From: a virus
Length of the DNA stretch: 64,000 nt
Virus record (IMG/VR): IMGVR_UViG_3300022902_000008
Direction: 5' to 3' (one strand)
A program made the translations under genes and the position numbers. The notes beneath the pieces are model-generated. The model saw nothing but the letters and a program-made list of their open reading frames with translations, was not told the origin of the DNA and searched no databases. Each line of letters starts with the position of its first letter. Positions within the stretch are counted from its first letter, which is position 1. This document shows, in pieces, positions 45,317 to 54,077 of the stretch.

Positions 45317-45634
45317 TTGTCTGATTTAAATAATGATAAAAAATATGAAATAAATGATTTGTTGGATAGTGACGAAGTAAAACATTGCTTTCTTTATTGC
45401 AACCATTTAGGTCAAAAAACTAATACTAGGTGTTGTATATCTTATTGTTGTGATAAGAGTCAAAAATTTTCTGAGAAGTGGCGAATAAAGAGAATGGTCA
45501 AGTGTAATGTTTTTTTAAGTTGGCTACCATTGGTGTACAAAGAATCATTTTTAGAGGAAAATAAACCAAAGAAAAAAAAGAGGCAAGAAAGTAAGCCAAG
45601 GAAGAGGGTAACTAATAGAAAGAAAAAGAAATGA
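45317..45634 (+). CDS. Cys-rich basic hypothetical protein
   Basis: 105 aa ORF. Confidence 0.55.
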   Translation: MSDLNNDKKYEINDLLDSDEVKHCFLYCNHLGQKTNTRCCISYCCDKSQKFSEKWRIKRMVKCNVFLSWLPLVYKESFLEENKPKKKKRQESKPRKRVTNRKKKK

Positions 45635-45704
45635 TTTTATAAATATTGTAATGTTTGCTAAGCTATATATAACTGTTAACATATTAAAAAAGGACTTTTA
45701 ATTA

Positions 45705-46802
45705 ATGAATATGAAAAGTGTTTGTGTTGTTGAAGATGGTTTAACTTTTGATGATGTTTCAATTATTCCAAAATATTCAGATATAAAAACGAGAGCTAAT
45801 GTTGACTTGTCTGTTGATTTGGGTGTTGGCATTAAACTGAATGTTCCCATTATTGCTAGTCCTATGAAAAGTGTCTGCGAAGTTGATATGGCAGTCGCTA
45901 TGGCAAGGTTAGGTGGCATTGGTATTATACATAGATTTTGCACTATTGATGAACAGGTAAAAATGGTTAAGGATGCTAAGGATATTTTGTGTAGGGATAA
46001 TGCTATTGGAAATATTAATTGTTATGTTGGTGCTGCTATTGGTGTTAATGAATATGAATATAAAGAAAGAATGGCTGCTTTAGTTGATGCGGGAGTTGAT
46101 TTGATTAATTTGGATGTTGCTCATGGTCATCATGTTTTATCTAAAATTGCGTTAAAATATATTAAAAATAATTTATCAAGGCCGGTTCATATTATGGGCG
46201 GTGCAGTTTGTACTTCTGAAGCAGTTAGGGATTTAGCTAAATGGGGTGTTGATAGTGTTCGTTGTGGCATTGGCCCAGGTTCTGGATGTACTACTAGGTT
46301 GATGGCTGGTATTGGTGTTCCTCAAGTTACAGCAATTAGCAATTGTTCATGGGCTGCTGATGAGTTTGGTATAAAAGTAATTGCTGATGGTGGTATAAGA
46401 ATTCCTGGCGATGTTTGTAAGGCAATTGCTCTTGGCTCTGATGTTTGTATGCTTGGAGGTTTGTTGGCAGCAACCATGGAATCTCCAGGTATAATTATTA
46501 AAGAGGGAATGTGGCCTAATGAGAAAAAGTATAAGACTTATTCTGGTTCAGCGTCGTATGCTGCAAAAGCTGAGCGTGGGGAATCAGATAGCAATGTTGA
46601 GGGAGCTTCTATGAGATTACCATACAAGGGCAATGTTGATCATATTGTTAATAGTATATGTGATGGCTTAAAGAGTTCGTTATCGTATGTTGGTGTTGAT
46701 AACATTAGGGCATTTCAGATTAAGTCTACGTTTGTTAAGGTTAGTGCATCTAGTATTGTTGAAAGTAAGCCGCATGGCTTGTTTAATAGTTTTGGGGGGT
46801 AA
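45705..46802 (+). CDS. guaC: GMP reductase / IMP dehydrogenase family enzyme without CBS domains (GuaC-like)
   Basis: LTFDDV, DVAHGH, GIGPGSGCTTR, IADGGI; YSGSAS and NVEG where IMPDH has GMGS and an RY flap. Confidence 0.7.
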   Translation: MNMKSVCVVEDGLTFDDVSIIPKYSDIKTRANVDLSVDLGVGIKLNVPIIASPMKSVCEVDMAVAMARLGGIGIIHRFCTIDEQVKMVKDAKDILCRDNAIGNINCYVGAAIGVNEYEYKERMAALVDAGVDLINLDVAHGHHVLSKIALKYIKNNLSRPVHIMGGAVCTSEAVRDLAKWGVDSVRCGIGPGSGCTTRLMAGIGVPQVTAISNCSWAADEFGIKVIADGGIRIPGDVCKAIALGSDVCMLGGLLAATMESPGIIIKEGMWPNEKKYKTYSGSASYAAKAERGESDSNVEGASMRLPYKGNVDHIVNSICDGLKSSLSYVGVDNIRAFQIKSTFVKVSASSIVESKPHGLFNSFGG

Positions 46803-47888
46803 ATGCGAAATTTTAATTTTAATGACAATGGTGTTGATGGTGTTGATAGGGATATTTTAAACTTTGGCTTAAAAGAAATTTCTTCTGACGTAATTGTTGG
46901 TTTACAATATGGTGATTGTGCTAAAGGCAAAGTTACTAAATGGTTGTTAGATAAATATTTTTATGATTATTGTGTTAGGTATAATGGTGGTGATAATGCT
47001 GGCCATACTATTTATAAAAAAGGTAAGAAGTTGGTTACTCATTTTGTTCCAGCAGGTGCTTTTAGTGATTTACGAACTGTTTCGGTAATTGGTCCCAATT
47101 GTTTGCTTCATGTTAATAAGTTCTTTAAGGAACTCAAATATTTAAATGATAATGGTATTAATGTTAATAGTGATAATATTAAAATTTCTTATAATACTCA
47201 CATTATTACTGATGATAATATTCTTGAGGATGAGGAAATGGATTATATTGGTAGTACAAAAAGAGGCATTACTTTTGCGTATAGAGATCGTGTTCTTAAG
47301 AATTCTAGTAGGGCAGAAGACATACCTGAATTAGATGATTTTATTTGTGATCCTGTACAGTTGTTTAATAAGTCTGATAAGCATAGTGGTACAACACGCA
47401 TATTATTTGAAGGCGCACAAGGTTTTGGCTTAGATTTATCTTTTGGTGATTATCCATATGTTACTTCCTCTAATTGTATTGCTAGTTCTGCGTTTTTAAA
47501 TGGTGTTTCTCCGAAAACATTGCGTAAAGTTTATGGTTGTGCAAAAATTTATGAGACATATGTTGGAACAAAGGATTTTCATGGTGATGGTGATATTTTT
47601 AATGAGTTGCAAAAGCTAGGAAATGAATATGGCGCAACTACTGGCAGATCTAGACAATGTAATTGGTTGGATTTGGGCTTGTTAGTTCGTGCTATTATTG
47701 TCAATGGTGTTGATGTTGTCATTTTTTCTAAAGTTGATGTAATAAAAGAGTTGAATCATTTTGAAATAAGAAACCCAAATATTAAGTTTTCTAATTATGA
47801 TGATATGGAATACTTTATTTCTGAGCGCCTTCATCGAGCTTTTCCTAATATTGAATTGATTTTTTCTGATGTTCCTCACACTGTTTAA
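46803..47888 (+). CDS. purA: Adenylosuccinate synthetase, short form
   Basis: GLQYGDCAKGK, GGDNAGHT, GSTKRGI, EGAQG, YPYVTSS, EYGATTGRSR, K.D. Confidence 0.92.
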   Translation: MRNFNFNDNGVDGVDRDILNFGLKEISSDVIVGLQYGDCAKGKVTKWLLDKYFYDYCVRYNGGDNAGHTIYKKGKKLVTHFVPAGAFSDLRTVSVIGPNCLLHVNKFFKELKYLNDNGINVNSDNIKISYNTHIITDDNILEDEEMDYIGSTKRGITFAYRDRVLKNSSRAEDIPELDDFICDPVQLFNKSDKHSGTTRILFEGAQGFGLDLSFGDYPYVTSSNCIASSAFLNGVSPKTLRKVYGCAKIYETYVGTKDFHGDGDIFNELQKLGNEYGATTGRSRQCNWLDLGLLVRAIIVNGVDVVIFSKVDVIKELNHFEIRNPNIKFSNYDDMEYFISERLHRAFPNIELIFSDVPHTV

Positions 47889-47962
47889 AAATATTTTTGT
47901 TTTTTTTGGTTTTAGCAATATACTTATAGTTGTGTAATGTTTTTTATGTTGGATAGGTGTGT

Positions 47963-48319
47963 ATGAGTAAAGACAACAAAGAAGATAATATAGAACAAAA
48001 GCAACCTGATGTAGATGTTGATATGCTATATAAGGGCTTAAAAGATGGTACAAATATAATTGTTGACAAAAAAGAGCATGAGTTTTTAATTAGCTATTTT
48101 GCCGATACTATTGATGTTATTGAAAAAATGGAAAAACATACAGATGAGGAAGATTCAGAAGAAGAGTGCGATTGTGAGGTTTGTCAGAGTGCTGATGTCT
48201 CTGACGATCCTTTCGTTTACATGTACTTCTCTGATAATTTAAATGGTATTTTTTATAATATGAAAATGCCTGTATCTATTACTGATCAACAAATTGATAA
48301 AATATTGGAGGAAGAATAA
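47963..48319 (+). CDS. Hypothetical acidic protein
   Basis: ORF in operon. Confidence 0.6.
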   Translation: MSKDNKEDNIEQKQPDVDVDMLYKGLKDGTNIIVDKKEHEFLISYFADTIDVIEKMEKHTDEEDSEEECDCEVCQSADVSDDPFVYMYFSDNLNGIFYNMKMPVSITDQQIDKILEEE

Positions 48320-48570
48320 TGGGTCAAACGTTAGCTAACATTAAGCGTGCTAAGATTAAAAAGAAAGTAATTAAAGGGTCAAGGCCAAAGCCCAAGCTAG
48401 AAGTTAAGACTAAAAGGGAAGAAGATGTTGTTGAAGATGTTGTTGAAGATGTTGTTGAAGATGTTGTTGATGTTGAAAAAAACATTGTTAAGAAGAAGTA
48501 TGGTGGTAGTAGGAAAGTTAAGGGTAGTAAGGGTAGTAAGGGTAAAAAAAAGAACTTTAAGAAAGATTAA
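48319..48570 (+). CDS. Small basic protein with EDVV tandem repeat
   Basis: (GAAGATGTTGTT)x4 at 48421-48468. Confidence 0.6.
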   Translation: MGQTLANIKRAKIKKKVIKGSRPKPKLEVKTKREEDVVEDVVEDVVEDVVDVEKNIVKKKYGGSRKVKGSKGSKGKKKNFKKD

Positions 48571-48587
48571 TATAGGAAATTTATTTT

Positions 48588-49139
48588 ATGAATAACAAAG
48601 TATTATTATTAGAAAAAAAGCTTGCGGATTCTTCTGCCGATTCGCAAATTGACTCCTTTATTATTGATGCAGAAAAAAACGCAGCACAGATCAAGCCTTC
48701 TATTGGGGATGATTTAGATTTATCTGGTGCGCCACCAACATCAGACATTGACAGTTCTGTACAAAAGACTGAGAGCGTTAAGTTTTTTGGAAATGATTAT
48801 GTGTCTAGTGTTTTAAGGGAAAATATTGATATATTAAATGAAGAGGGTGAGGATGACAAGGGCATTAAAAATAATTTAAAGCTAAAAGTCAATGTTGACT
48901 CTCCTTCTAAGCCCGATAGGAAGTTAGACAAAATTGATGTTGATGTTTTTGTTGCTAATATGGCAAGGTTAATGCAACATACTGAAGACTTGTTGTCTAT
49001 TAAAAAGGTTGTTTATAATAGGAGTTTAAACTTTCTTGAAAAAAATTATGGTTTAGATTCTAAAAGGTTAGCTAAGATTTCATTTAATGTAAATTTTGAT
49101 GTAAAAGAAGAAGATTTTGAATTTGATAATGGAGAATAA
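48588..49139 (+). CDS. Hypothetical protein, possible virion protein
   Basis: LLLE, LRE and ILNE/E motifs. Confidence 0.65.
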   Translation: MNNKVLLLEKKLADSSADSQIDSFIIDAEKNAAQIKPSIGDDLDLSGAPPTSDIDSSVQKTESVKFFGNDYVSSVLRENIDILNEEGEDDKGIKNNLKLKVNVDSPSKPDRKLDKIDVDVFVANMARLMQHTEDLLSIKKVVYNRSLNFLEKNYGLDSKRLAKISFNVNFDVKEEDFEFDNGE

Positions 49140-49144
49140 ATAAC

Positions 49145-49744
49145 ATGTCTTTAATTAATGATATTTTTGATAGAGATTTAGATAGTAAATTTGACAAGCT
49201 TGTTTCAGAGGCAATCACAGGTCAAACAATTCCAGCAGATATTTTGCAAAAGGTAAAAGATAAGTGTAATGAAATTATTATAAAAGCTGATCAAGCTTCT
49301 AAGCTTGGTGTTAATGGTTGTGAGGAACTTATTAAAGTTGTCAATGATCTATATCCATTGATGGATGCTTTAAAGGCCAGCTTTTCAGAGTTTGAACGAT
49401 TACCTTATATTGAAAATGTTGTAGATAAGTTTGTTACGGCAGTGTCTGATATGTTGAGATCTGATGTTGAAGAAGGAATTATTGATGTTGGGACTAATTA
49501 TTCCAACATTAACGTTATGGAATATATTAATGATATTATAGCAAACAATATTAATGGCTTAGGTGACGTTGTAGATAAGATTTTTATGGACAAAGATGCG
49601 TCTGAGTTGGATGATAATGTTGTTTATGATGATTTTGTTGGAAAGGTTTTAAGAGTTGTTGGCGCTAATTCGGATGGGTTTTTATCAACCTTAGATAGAG
49701 TTAACCTATCAGATATGTTTAATAGTGATGGTAATGCTGTTTAA
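49145..49744 (+). CDS. Hypothetical protein
   Basis: 199 aa; LVSE/A motif. Confidence 0.65.
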   Translation: MSLINDIFDRDLDSKFDKLVSEAITGQTIPADILQKVKDKCNEIIIKADQASKLGVNGCEELIKVVNDLYPLMDALKASFSEFERLPYIENVVDKFVTAVSDMLRSDVEEGIIDVGTNYSNINVMEYINDIIANNINGLGDVVDKIFMDKDASELDDNVVYDDFVGKVLRVVGANSDGFLSTLDRVNLSDMFNSDGNAV

Positions 49745-49746
49745 TA

Positions 49747-50163
49747 ATGTTTACTTTTAAAAAGTTTTTATTGTTCATTAAGAATTATTGGTATGTTCCA
49801 GTGTTAGCTTTAGGTTTGTTTGCTTTATTTTTTTTGACAATGTTTATTAAGGACAAAGTTAAAGGCAAAAAGGTTAGAGATAACAATAAAAATGTTTTGA
49901 ATATGTATAATGATATAATTTCTAAAATATCTGATAGTAGTAAAAAATATGTGGAAGATTGTAAGAAGCTTAATAAAAAATATGATAACAATATTGAAGA
50001 AGTTGACAAGAAGTTACATGATGATATAAAAGATATAGATAATAAATATGATGTTAAAAAAGAAGAAGTTAAAAATGAAATAAAGAATAAAATTGATAAT
50101 CAAACTGAACATTATGAAAAGAATCCTGAAGATTTGGAAGGATGGTTTAATGATAGGCTGTGA
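49747..50163 (+). CDS. N-anchored coiled-coil membrane protein (i-spanin-like)
   Basis: N-terminal TM helix, then long coiled coil. Confidence 0.5.
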   Translation: MFTFKKFLLFIKNYWYVPVLALGLFALFFLTMFIKDKVKGKKVRDNNKNVLNMYNDIISKISDSSKKYVEDCKKLNKKYDNNIEEVDKKLHDDIKDIDNKYDVKKEEVKNEIKNKIDNQTEHYEKNPEDLEGWFNDRL

Positions 50164-50195
50164 TTGTTGTATTTAGCTTATGGAGAAATAATTAA

Positions 50196-50504
50196 TTGGA
50201 AGTTAAAATTATAGCGACTATTTGTGCTGCTGTTTTCTCTTTGTTGTCTGGTGTTATATTATTGCTTATAAAAAAAGTTTTTGATTTTATAACTATGAAA
50301 AAATCTGTTGTGGAAAAGCTTGATGAGCTTAAGTGTTCAATTAATGATCTTAATAATAATGTTGAGGATCATAATAATAGCTCTAAAGAGTTTTTTTTGA
50401 CTGGAAAATTGCACACAGAGTTTCAGAATAAAGAAGTCGATAAAATAACTGGATTGTTGGGTGATATTAGGGATCAGTTAATTAATAATAACAATAGGAA
50501 GTAA
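50196..50504 (+). CDS. Single-TM coiled-coil protein (holin-like)
   Basis: N-terminal TM helix. Confidence 0.45.
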   Translation: MEVKIIATICAAVFSLLSGVILLLIKKVFDFITMKKSVVEKLDELKCSINDLNNNVEDHNNSSKEFFLTGKLHTEFQNKEVDKITGLLGDIRDQLINNNNRK

Positions 50505-50528
50505 AAAGTAAAATGGGAGTTTTAACTT

Positions 50529-50657
50529 ATGAATAAATTGAAAGTTTTTTATGATTCTAATAGGTGTTTTAAAGTATTTATTGACAATGGGTATAAGGTT
50601 TTTTTTGGTTTAAGTATTATGATTTTTATTTTGACATTTGCAGTTGCTTGTTTGTAA
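50529..50657 (+). CDS. 42-aa membrane peptide
   Basis: GGGAG RBS; MNKLKVF...VFFGLSIMIFILTFAVACL; below track cutoff. Confidence 0.45.
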   Translation: MNKLKVFYDSNRCFKVFIDNGYKVFFGLSIMIFILTFAVACL

Positions 50658-50681
50658 TTTGTAAAGTAATAAGGTTTTATT

Positions 50682-51179
50682 ATGATTAAAATATTTAGAT
50701 TTATTATTGTGGTATTTATTTGCATTGGTTTTTCTTTTAACGTTTTGGCTGATGAGATTATTAAGGGCGCTACATATGTTTCTTATGGTGAAAAGGTTTT
50801 AGTAGATTCAATGTGTTTTACTATTCCTTATGCGACTAGGTTAAAGGTAGAGTTAGAGTATTGTGATAATAAAATTTCTTATATTGAATTAGATAGAATT
50901 GCTGAAAAGTTGCGTGCTGAACATTTAGCATTTGTTGTAAAAGTTAAATTAAAGTATCAGTTGGATTTGGATAAATGTAATTTATTAGTTGAAAAGGAGA
51001 GGAATGATTTTATTGTTGTTAACGATAAGTTTCAAAAGCTTTCTAATGATTATATTAATTTGAACAATTCAACAAATGACTTTAGTTCTGGTAAAAAGAT
51101 AGTTTGGTTTTCTGTTGGTGTTGGTACAGCGGCAGTTATTATATTTGGTTCAATATATTTTGTAAGTTTATTAAAATAA
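50682..51179 (+). CDS. Signal peptide + coiled coil + C-terminal TM protein (spanin-like)
   Basis: VLA-DE cleavage-like site; C-terminal WFSVGVGTAAVIIFG. Confidence 0.5.
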   Translation: MIKIFRFIIVVFICIGFSFNVLADEIIKGATYVSYGEKVLVDSMCFTIPYATRLKVELEYCDNKISYIELDRIAEKLRAEHLAFVVKVKLKYQLDLDKCNLLVEKERNDFIVVNDKFQKLSNDYINLNNSTNDFSSGKKIVWFSVGVGTAAVIIFGSIYFVSLLK

Positions 51180-51191
51180 AGTGGAGGTATT

Positions 51192-51536
51192 ATGGGTAAT
51201 AATTTAACTAGTTTGCAGACTGAAAGGATTAGTGATTGTGTTAGCAAGTTGTTGTCATTAGCAGATCCTAATAAGTGGAAGAATGATCCAGGGTTTTTGC
51301 CGTTAGTAAGAAGTATAGTTATTTCGGTTAAGAATGGCTTGGAGAATGTTGGCGTTAAAAACATTGATTTAATAAAGGCTATCGAGTGTATTGATTATGC
51401 AAGGCCTGATTTGGCGTATAAGTATTTATTTGAGTCTTCATCCGTTATTGATGTTATGTCAGGCCAGTTATCTAGCAAGTACGGTGACGGCTATAAAGAT
51501 GGTGCTTATAAGGATTTGCATAGTTTGATAGTTTAA
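51192..51536 (+). CDS. Hypothetical protein
   Basis: GGAGG RBS. Confidence 0.65.
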   Translation: MGNNLTSLQTERISDCVSKLLSLADPNKWKNDPGFLPLVRSIVISVKNGLENVGVKNIDLIKAIECIDYARPDLAYKYLFESSSVIDVMSGQLSSKYGDGYKDGAYKDLHSLIV

Positions 51537-51555
51537 TTTTTATGGAGAACTTTTA

Positions 51556-51918
51556 GTGTTAATGAAAAAGCATTTAAATATTTTACTGGAAGGCATTTCT
51601 GATGTTTTTAATAACAAAGAAGTGGAGGTGATTGATGATGAACATATTGATGCCTTAAATGAGAATATCTTTTTTGATGGTGATTTGTTTACTAAATTTT
51701 TTGATGATAACGTTGTTTTATCTTCTCTAGAAAAATGTATAATGTTGGCTTTAAAGTCTGGAGAGAGCATTCCTACTTCTTCACAAACTATGGATAAGTG
51801 TGGGTTTTATGAAGAAGTTAATTTGTATATGAATGGAGTGGGGGAGTCTGAGGCAACTATAAAAGATATTAAAGATTGTTTGTTGGCTATGATTTTAAAT
51901 GGTTCTATGGAGAAGTAA
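51556..51918 (+). CDS. Hypothetical protein
   Basis: ILLE/G motif near N-terminus. Confidence 0.6.
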   Translation: MLMKKHLNILLEGISDVFNNKEVEVIDDEHIDALNENIFFDGDLFTKFFDDNVVLSSLEKCIMLALKSGESIPTSSQTMDKCGFYEEVNLYMNGVGESEATIKDIKDCLLAMILNGSMEK

Positions 51919-53986
51919 TGGTTTGTCTGACAAGAAAAAGAAGGTAATCCAGGAAATTAGTTTAGTGCCGAATGTAGATCGTCCTGCAATTGAATTTTCT
52001 TCTTATCGTGGTGCTAGCTCTTCTGATTGTCTTGTTGGTAGTGGTAGTTATTATGATTTCAATGGCCTCCCTTATGAAGAATATGATTTATATGACATTT
52101 GTTTAAGTGAAGAAGGGGGTGTTGTTGACAAACCTAACGTTGGTGTTGTTGGGTATTTCATTGGTGGTTTCCGGCCCCCTCACTTAGCTCATTTTAATCA
52201 TATTATTGAAGCAGCTAGCAAGTGTGACAAGCTGTTTGTCGTTTCTTCTACTAAATCTAAAAGAACATGTTTTTCTAATTTGTATAACAAAGAGTTGATT
52301 TTTGATTTTGATATCACTGAGCACATTTTTAATGTATTTAAAGGGTACGTTAACAGTGGCGTGGTTAAATTTATTTATGTTGATGAAAGTCCCTTTAAGT
52401 ATGTTTGGGATTCTATTGACGGTTATTTAAATAATGGTTTTGATTTTAAGGAGGTTAAATTGTTTGTTGGAAGTAAAGATTCAGGTAGGTTTGATTATTT
52501 TATTAATAACTTTGGTGATAAATATGGTTGTGATTGTATTAATGTAGAACAATTCGAGTCTCCAGCCTTTCCAAACTCTACTGATGTTCGGCAGGCTATA
52601 TGTGATGGGGATATAAAGAAATTTTACATGTCAATGCCACAAGTAGTTAAGTATGGTAAGGTTAGAGATATAATTGGACATATATATGATCATAATGGTA
52701 TTGATGTTAATGGTATTAATGAGGTTAATAAAAGAGATTTTTTAGGTGGCAGGCTGCTGTTGTGTGGAGGTCTGGGTGGTCATATAATGCACCCATATGA
52801 GAATGTTAATTTAAAGTTCTCAGATTTGGCTGACTTAGTTGATGACTTTAAGTTTGGCAAAATTGATAATGTGGTTGAGAAGACAGATGGTGTAAATATT
52901 TTTGTATCTTGGGATGACGATAGAAATGTTGTGGTATTTGCTAGAAATGTTGGAGAAGTTGTTCGAGGGGGGTTAACAAAAGACGAATTGTGTGGTAAGT
53001 TTGCTGGTAGGGGAAGTTTGTATGATTTGTTTAAGCATTCTTCTGATGTCATAAGTGATGTGTTTGTTAGGGTTGGCAATGATATTAAAGAGGTGCTAAG
53101 TGATAACAAGTGGGTGAGCGTTGAAATTATTTATAACGATCACAACAATGTAATAAGATATGGTAAGAATTATATTGTTTTTCATAATGTTGTGAGTTTT
53201 GATAATGATAAAAGGGAGTTTATTGGTTGTAATGAGTATCTTTGTAACGACAATTTGTTTGATAGGTTAAATGTGGTTGTAAAAAAATCACAAAAGTTGT
53301 GGAATGTTATGTCAGATGTAAAACATAATATTGACAATGTTAGTTTTGACGATGGATTTATTGGCGAGGTTAAGGGTATGATTAAATCGATTACTAATAG
53401 TTCTGAAAATTTAAGTAATGATAGTACTATTTCTGATTATTTGTATGATAAGTTTTATAAGGCTCTAGGTAAGTTGTTTGATAAATATGATTTAAATGAT
53501 GATAGCTTAGTTGATTTACTTGCTAAGAGAATGGCATTTAATGACAAAAAGGCAATAACTATTAATCAACTTAAAAAGAAGATTAGTGATGTTGATTTGT
53601 TTAATGAGCTTAAGGTGTTCTTGTCTGACCCTAATACTAGTAAACTGAAGAATCAATACTTAAGGCCATTAATGGTGATATTTATAAAATTTGGTATACA
53701 TGTTTTACAGCAGATAGAGTCTGGTTTGCTTAACAATAAGGATGATGAGGCTAAGCGTTTGGCTAAGCTTATTGATAATGAAATTAACTCTATATTATCT
53801 TCTAATGATGATGATAAGGTTAGTAGGTTAAATAGGGCGCTTGAATTATTATCAGATAGCGGCAGTGATGATATTGATCTTTCTAGTGTTATTGAGGGCA
53901 TTGTGTTTAATTGGAAAGGTAGTGTGTATAAATTAACTGGAATTTTTTCACAACTTAATAAAATTTTGTGGCTCAATAAAAAATAA
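51899..53986 (+). CDS. HIGH-family nucleotidyltransferase fused to a ligase-like (KxDG) nucleotidyltransferase
   Basis: GGFRPPHLAH, GSKD..RF, STDVR; then EKTDGVN, VEI, EGIVF..YKLTG. Confidence 0.75.
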   Translation: MVLWRSNGLSDKKKKVIQEISLVPNVDRPAIEFSSYRGASSSDCLVGSGSYYDFNGLPYEEYDLYDICLSEEGGVVDKPNVGVVGYFIGGFRPPHLAHFNHIIEAASKCDKLFVVSSTKSKRTCFSNLYNKELIFDFDITEHIFNVFKGYVNSGVVKFIYVDESPFKYVWDSIDGYLNNGFDFKEVKLFVGSKDSGRFDYFINNFGDKYGCDCINVEQFESPAFPNSTDVRQAICDGDIKKFYMSMPQVVKYGKVRDIIGHIYDHNGIDVNGINEVNKRDFLGGRLLLCGGLGGHIMHPYENVNLKFSDLADLVDDFKFGKIDNVVEKTDGVNIFVSWDDDRNVVVFARNVGEVVRGGLTKDELCGKFAGRGSLYDLFKHSSDVISDVFVRVGNDIKEVLSDNKWVSVEIIYNDHNNVIRYGKNYIVFHNVVSFDNDKREFIGCNEYLCNDNLFDRLNVVVKKSQKLWNVMSDVKHNIDNVSFDDGFIGEVKGMIKSITNSSENLSNDSTISDYLYDKFYKALGKLFDKYDLNDDSLVDLLAKRMAFNDKKAITINQLKKKISDVDLFNELKVFLSDPNTSKLKNQYLRPLMVIFIKFGIHVLQQIESGLLNNKDDEAKRLAKLIDNEINSILSSNDDDKVSRLNRALELLSDSGSDDIDLSSVIEGIVFNWKGSVYKLTGIFSQLNKILWLNKK

Positions 53987-53997
53987 TTTTCAAAAGT

Positions 53998-54028
53998 GGT
54001 TAACAAATGGGTGCCAATGTGGTACAGT
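53998..54028 (+). promoter_or_regulatory. Early promoter copy 22
   Basis: GGTTAACA-17-TGg TACAGT. Confidence 0.82.
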
Positions 54029-54077
54029 GTGTCTGCGTCTTGATGATTTTCACATTTTGACTGGAATGGAGGGTTTG

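Noticed and set aside
46803-47888. PurZ (Z-genome synthesis)
   Set aside because: The P-loop keeps the catalytic Asp (GDCAKGK, not GSxxKG) and the TTGRxR loop is PurA-type. No DatZ-like gene is adjacent.
48421-48468. 12-bp tandem repeat as a phase-variation device
   Set aside because: It is in frame (EDVV x4) in a low-complexity protein, which ordinary slippage explains.
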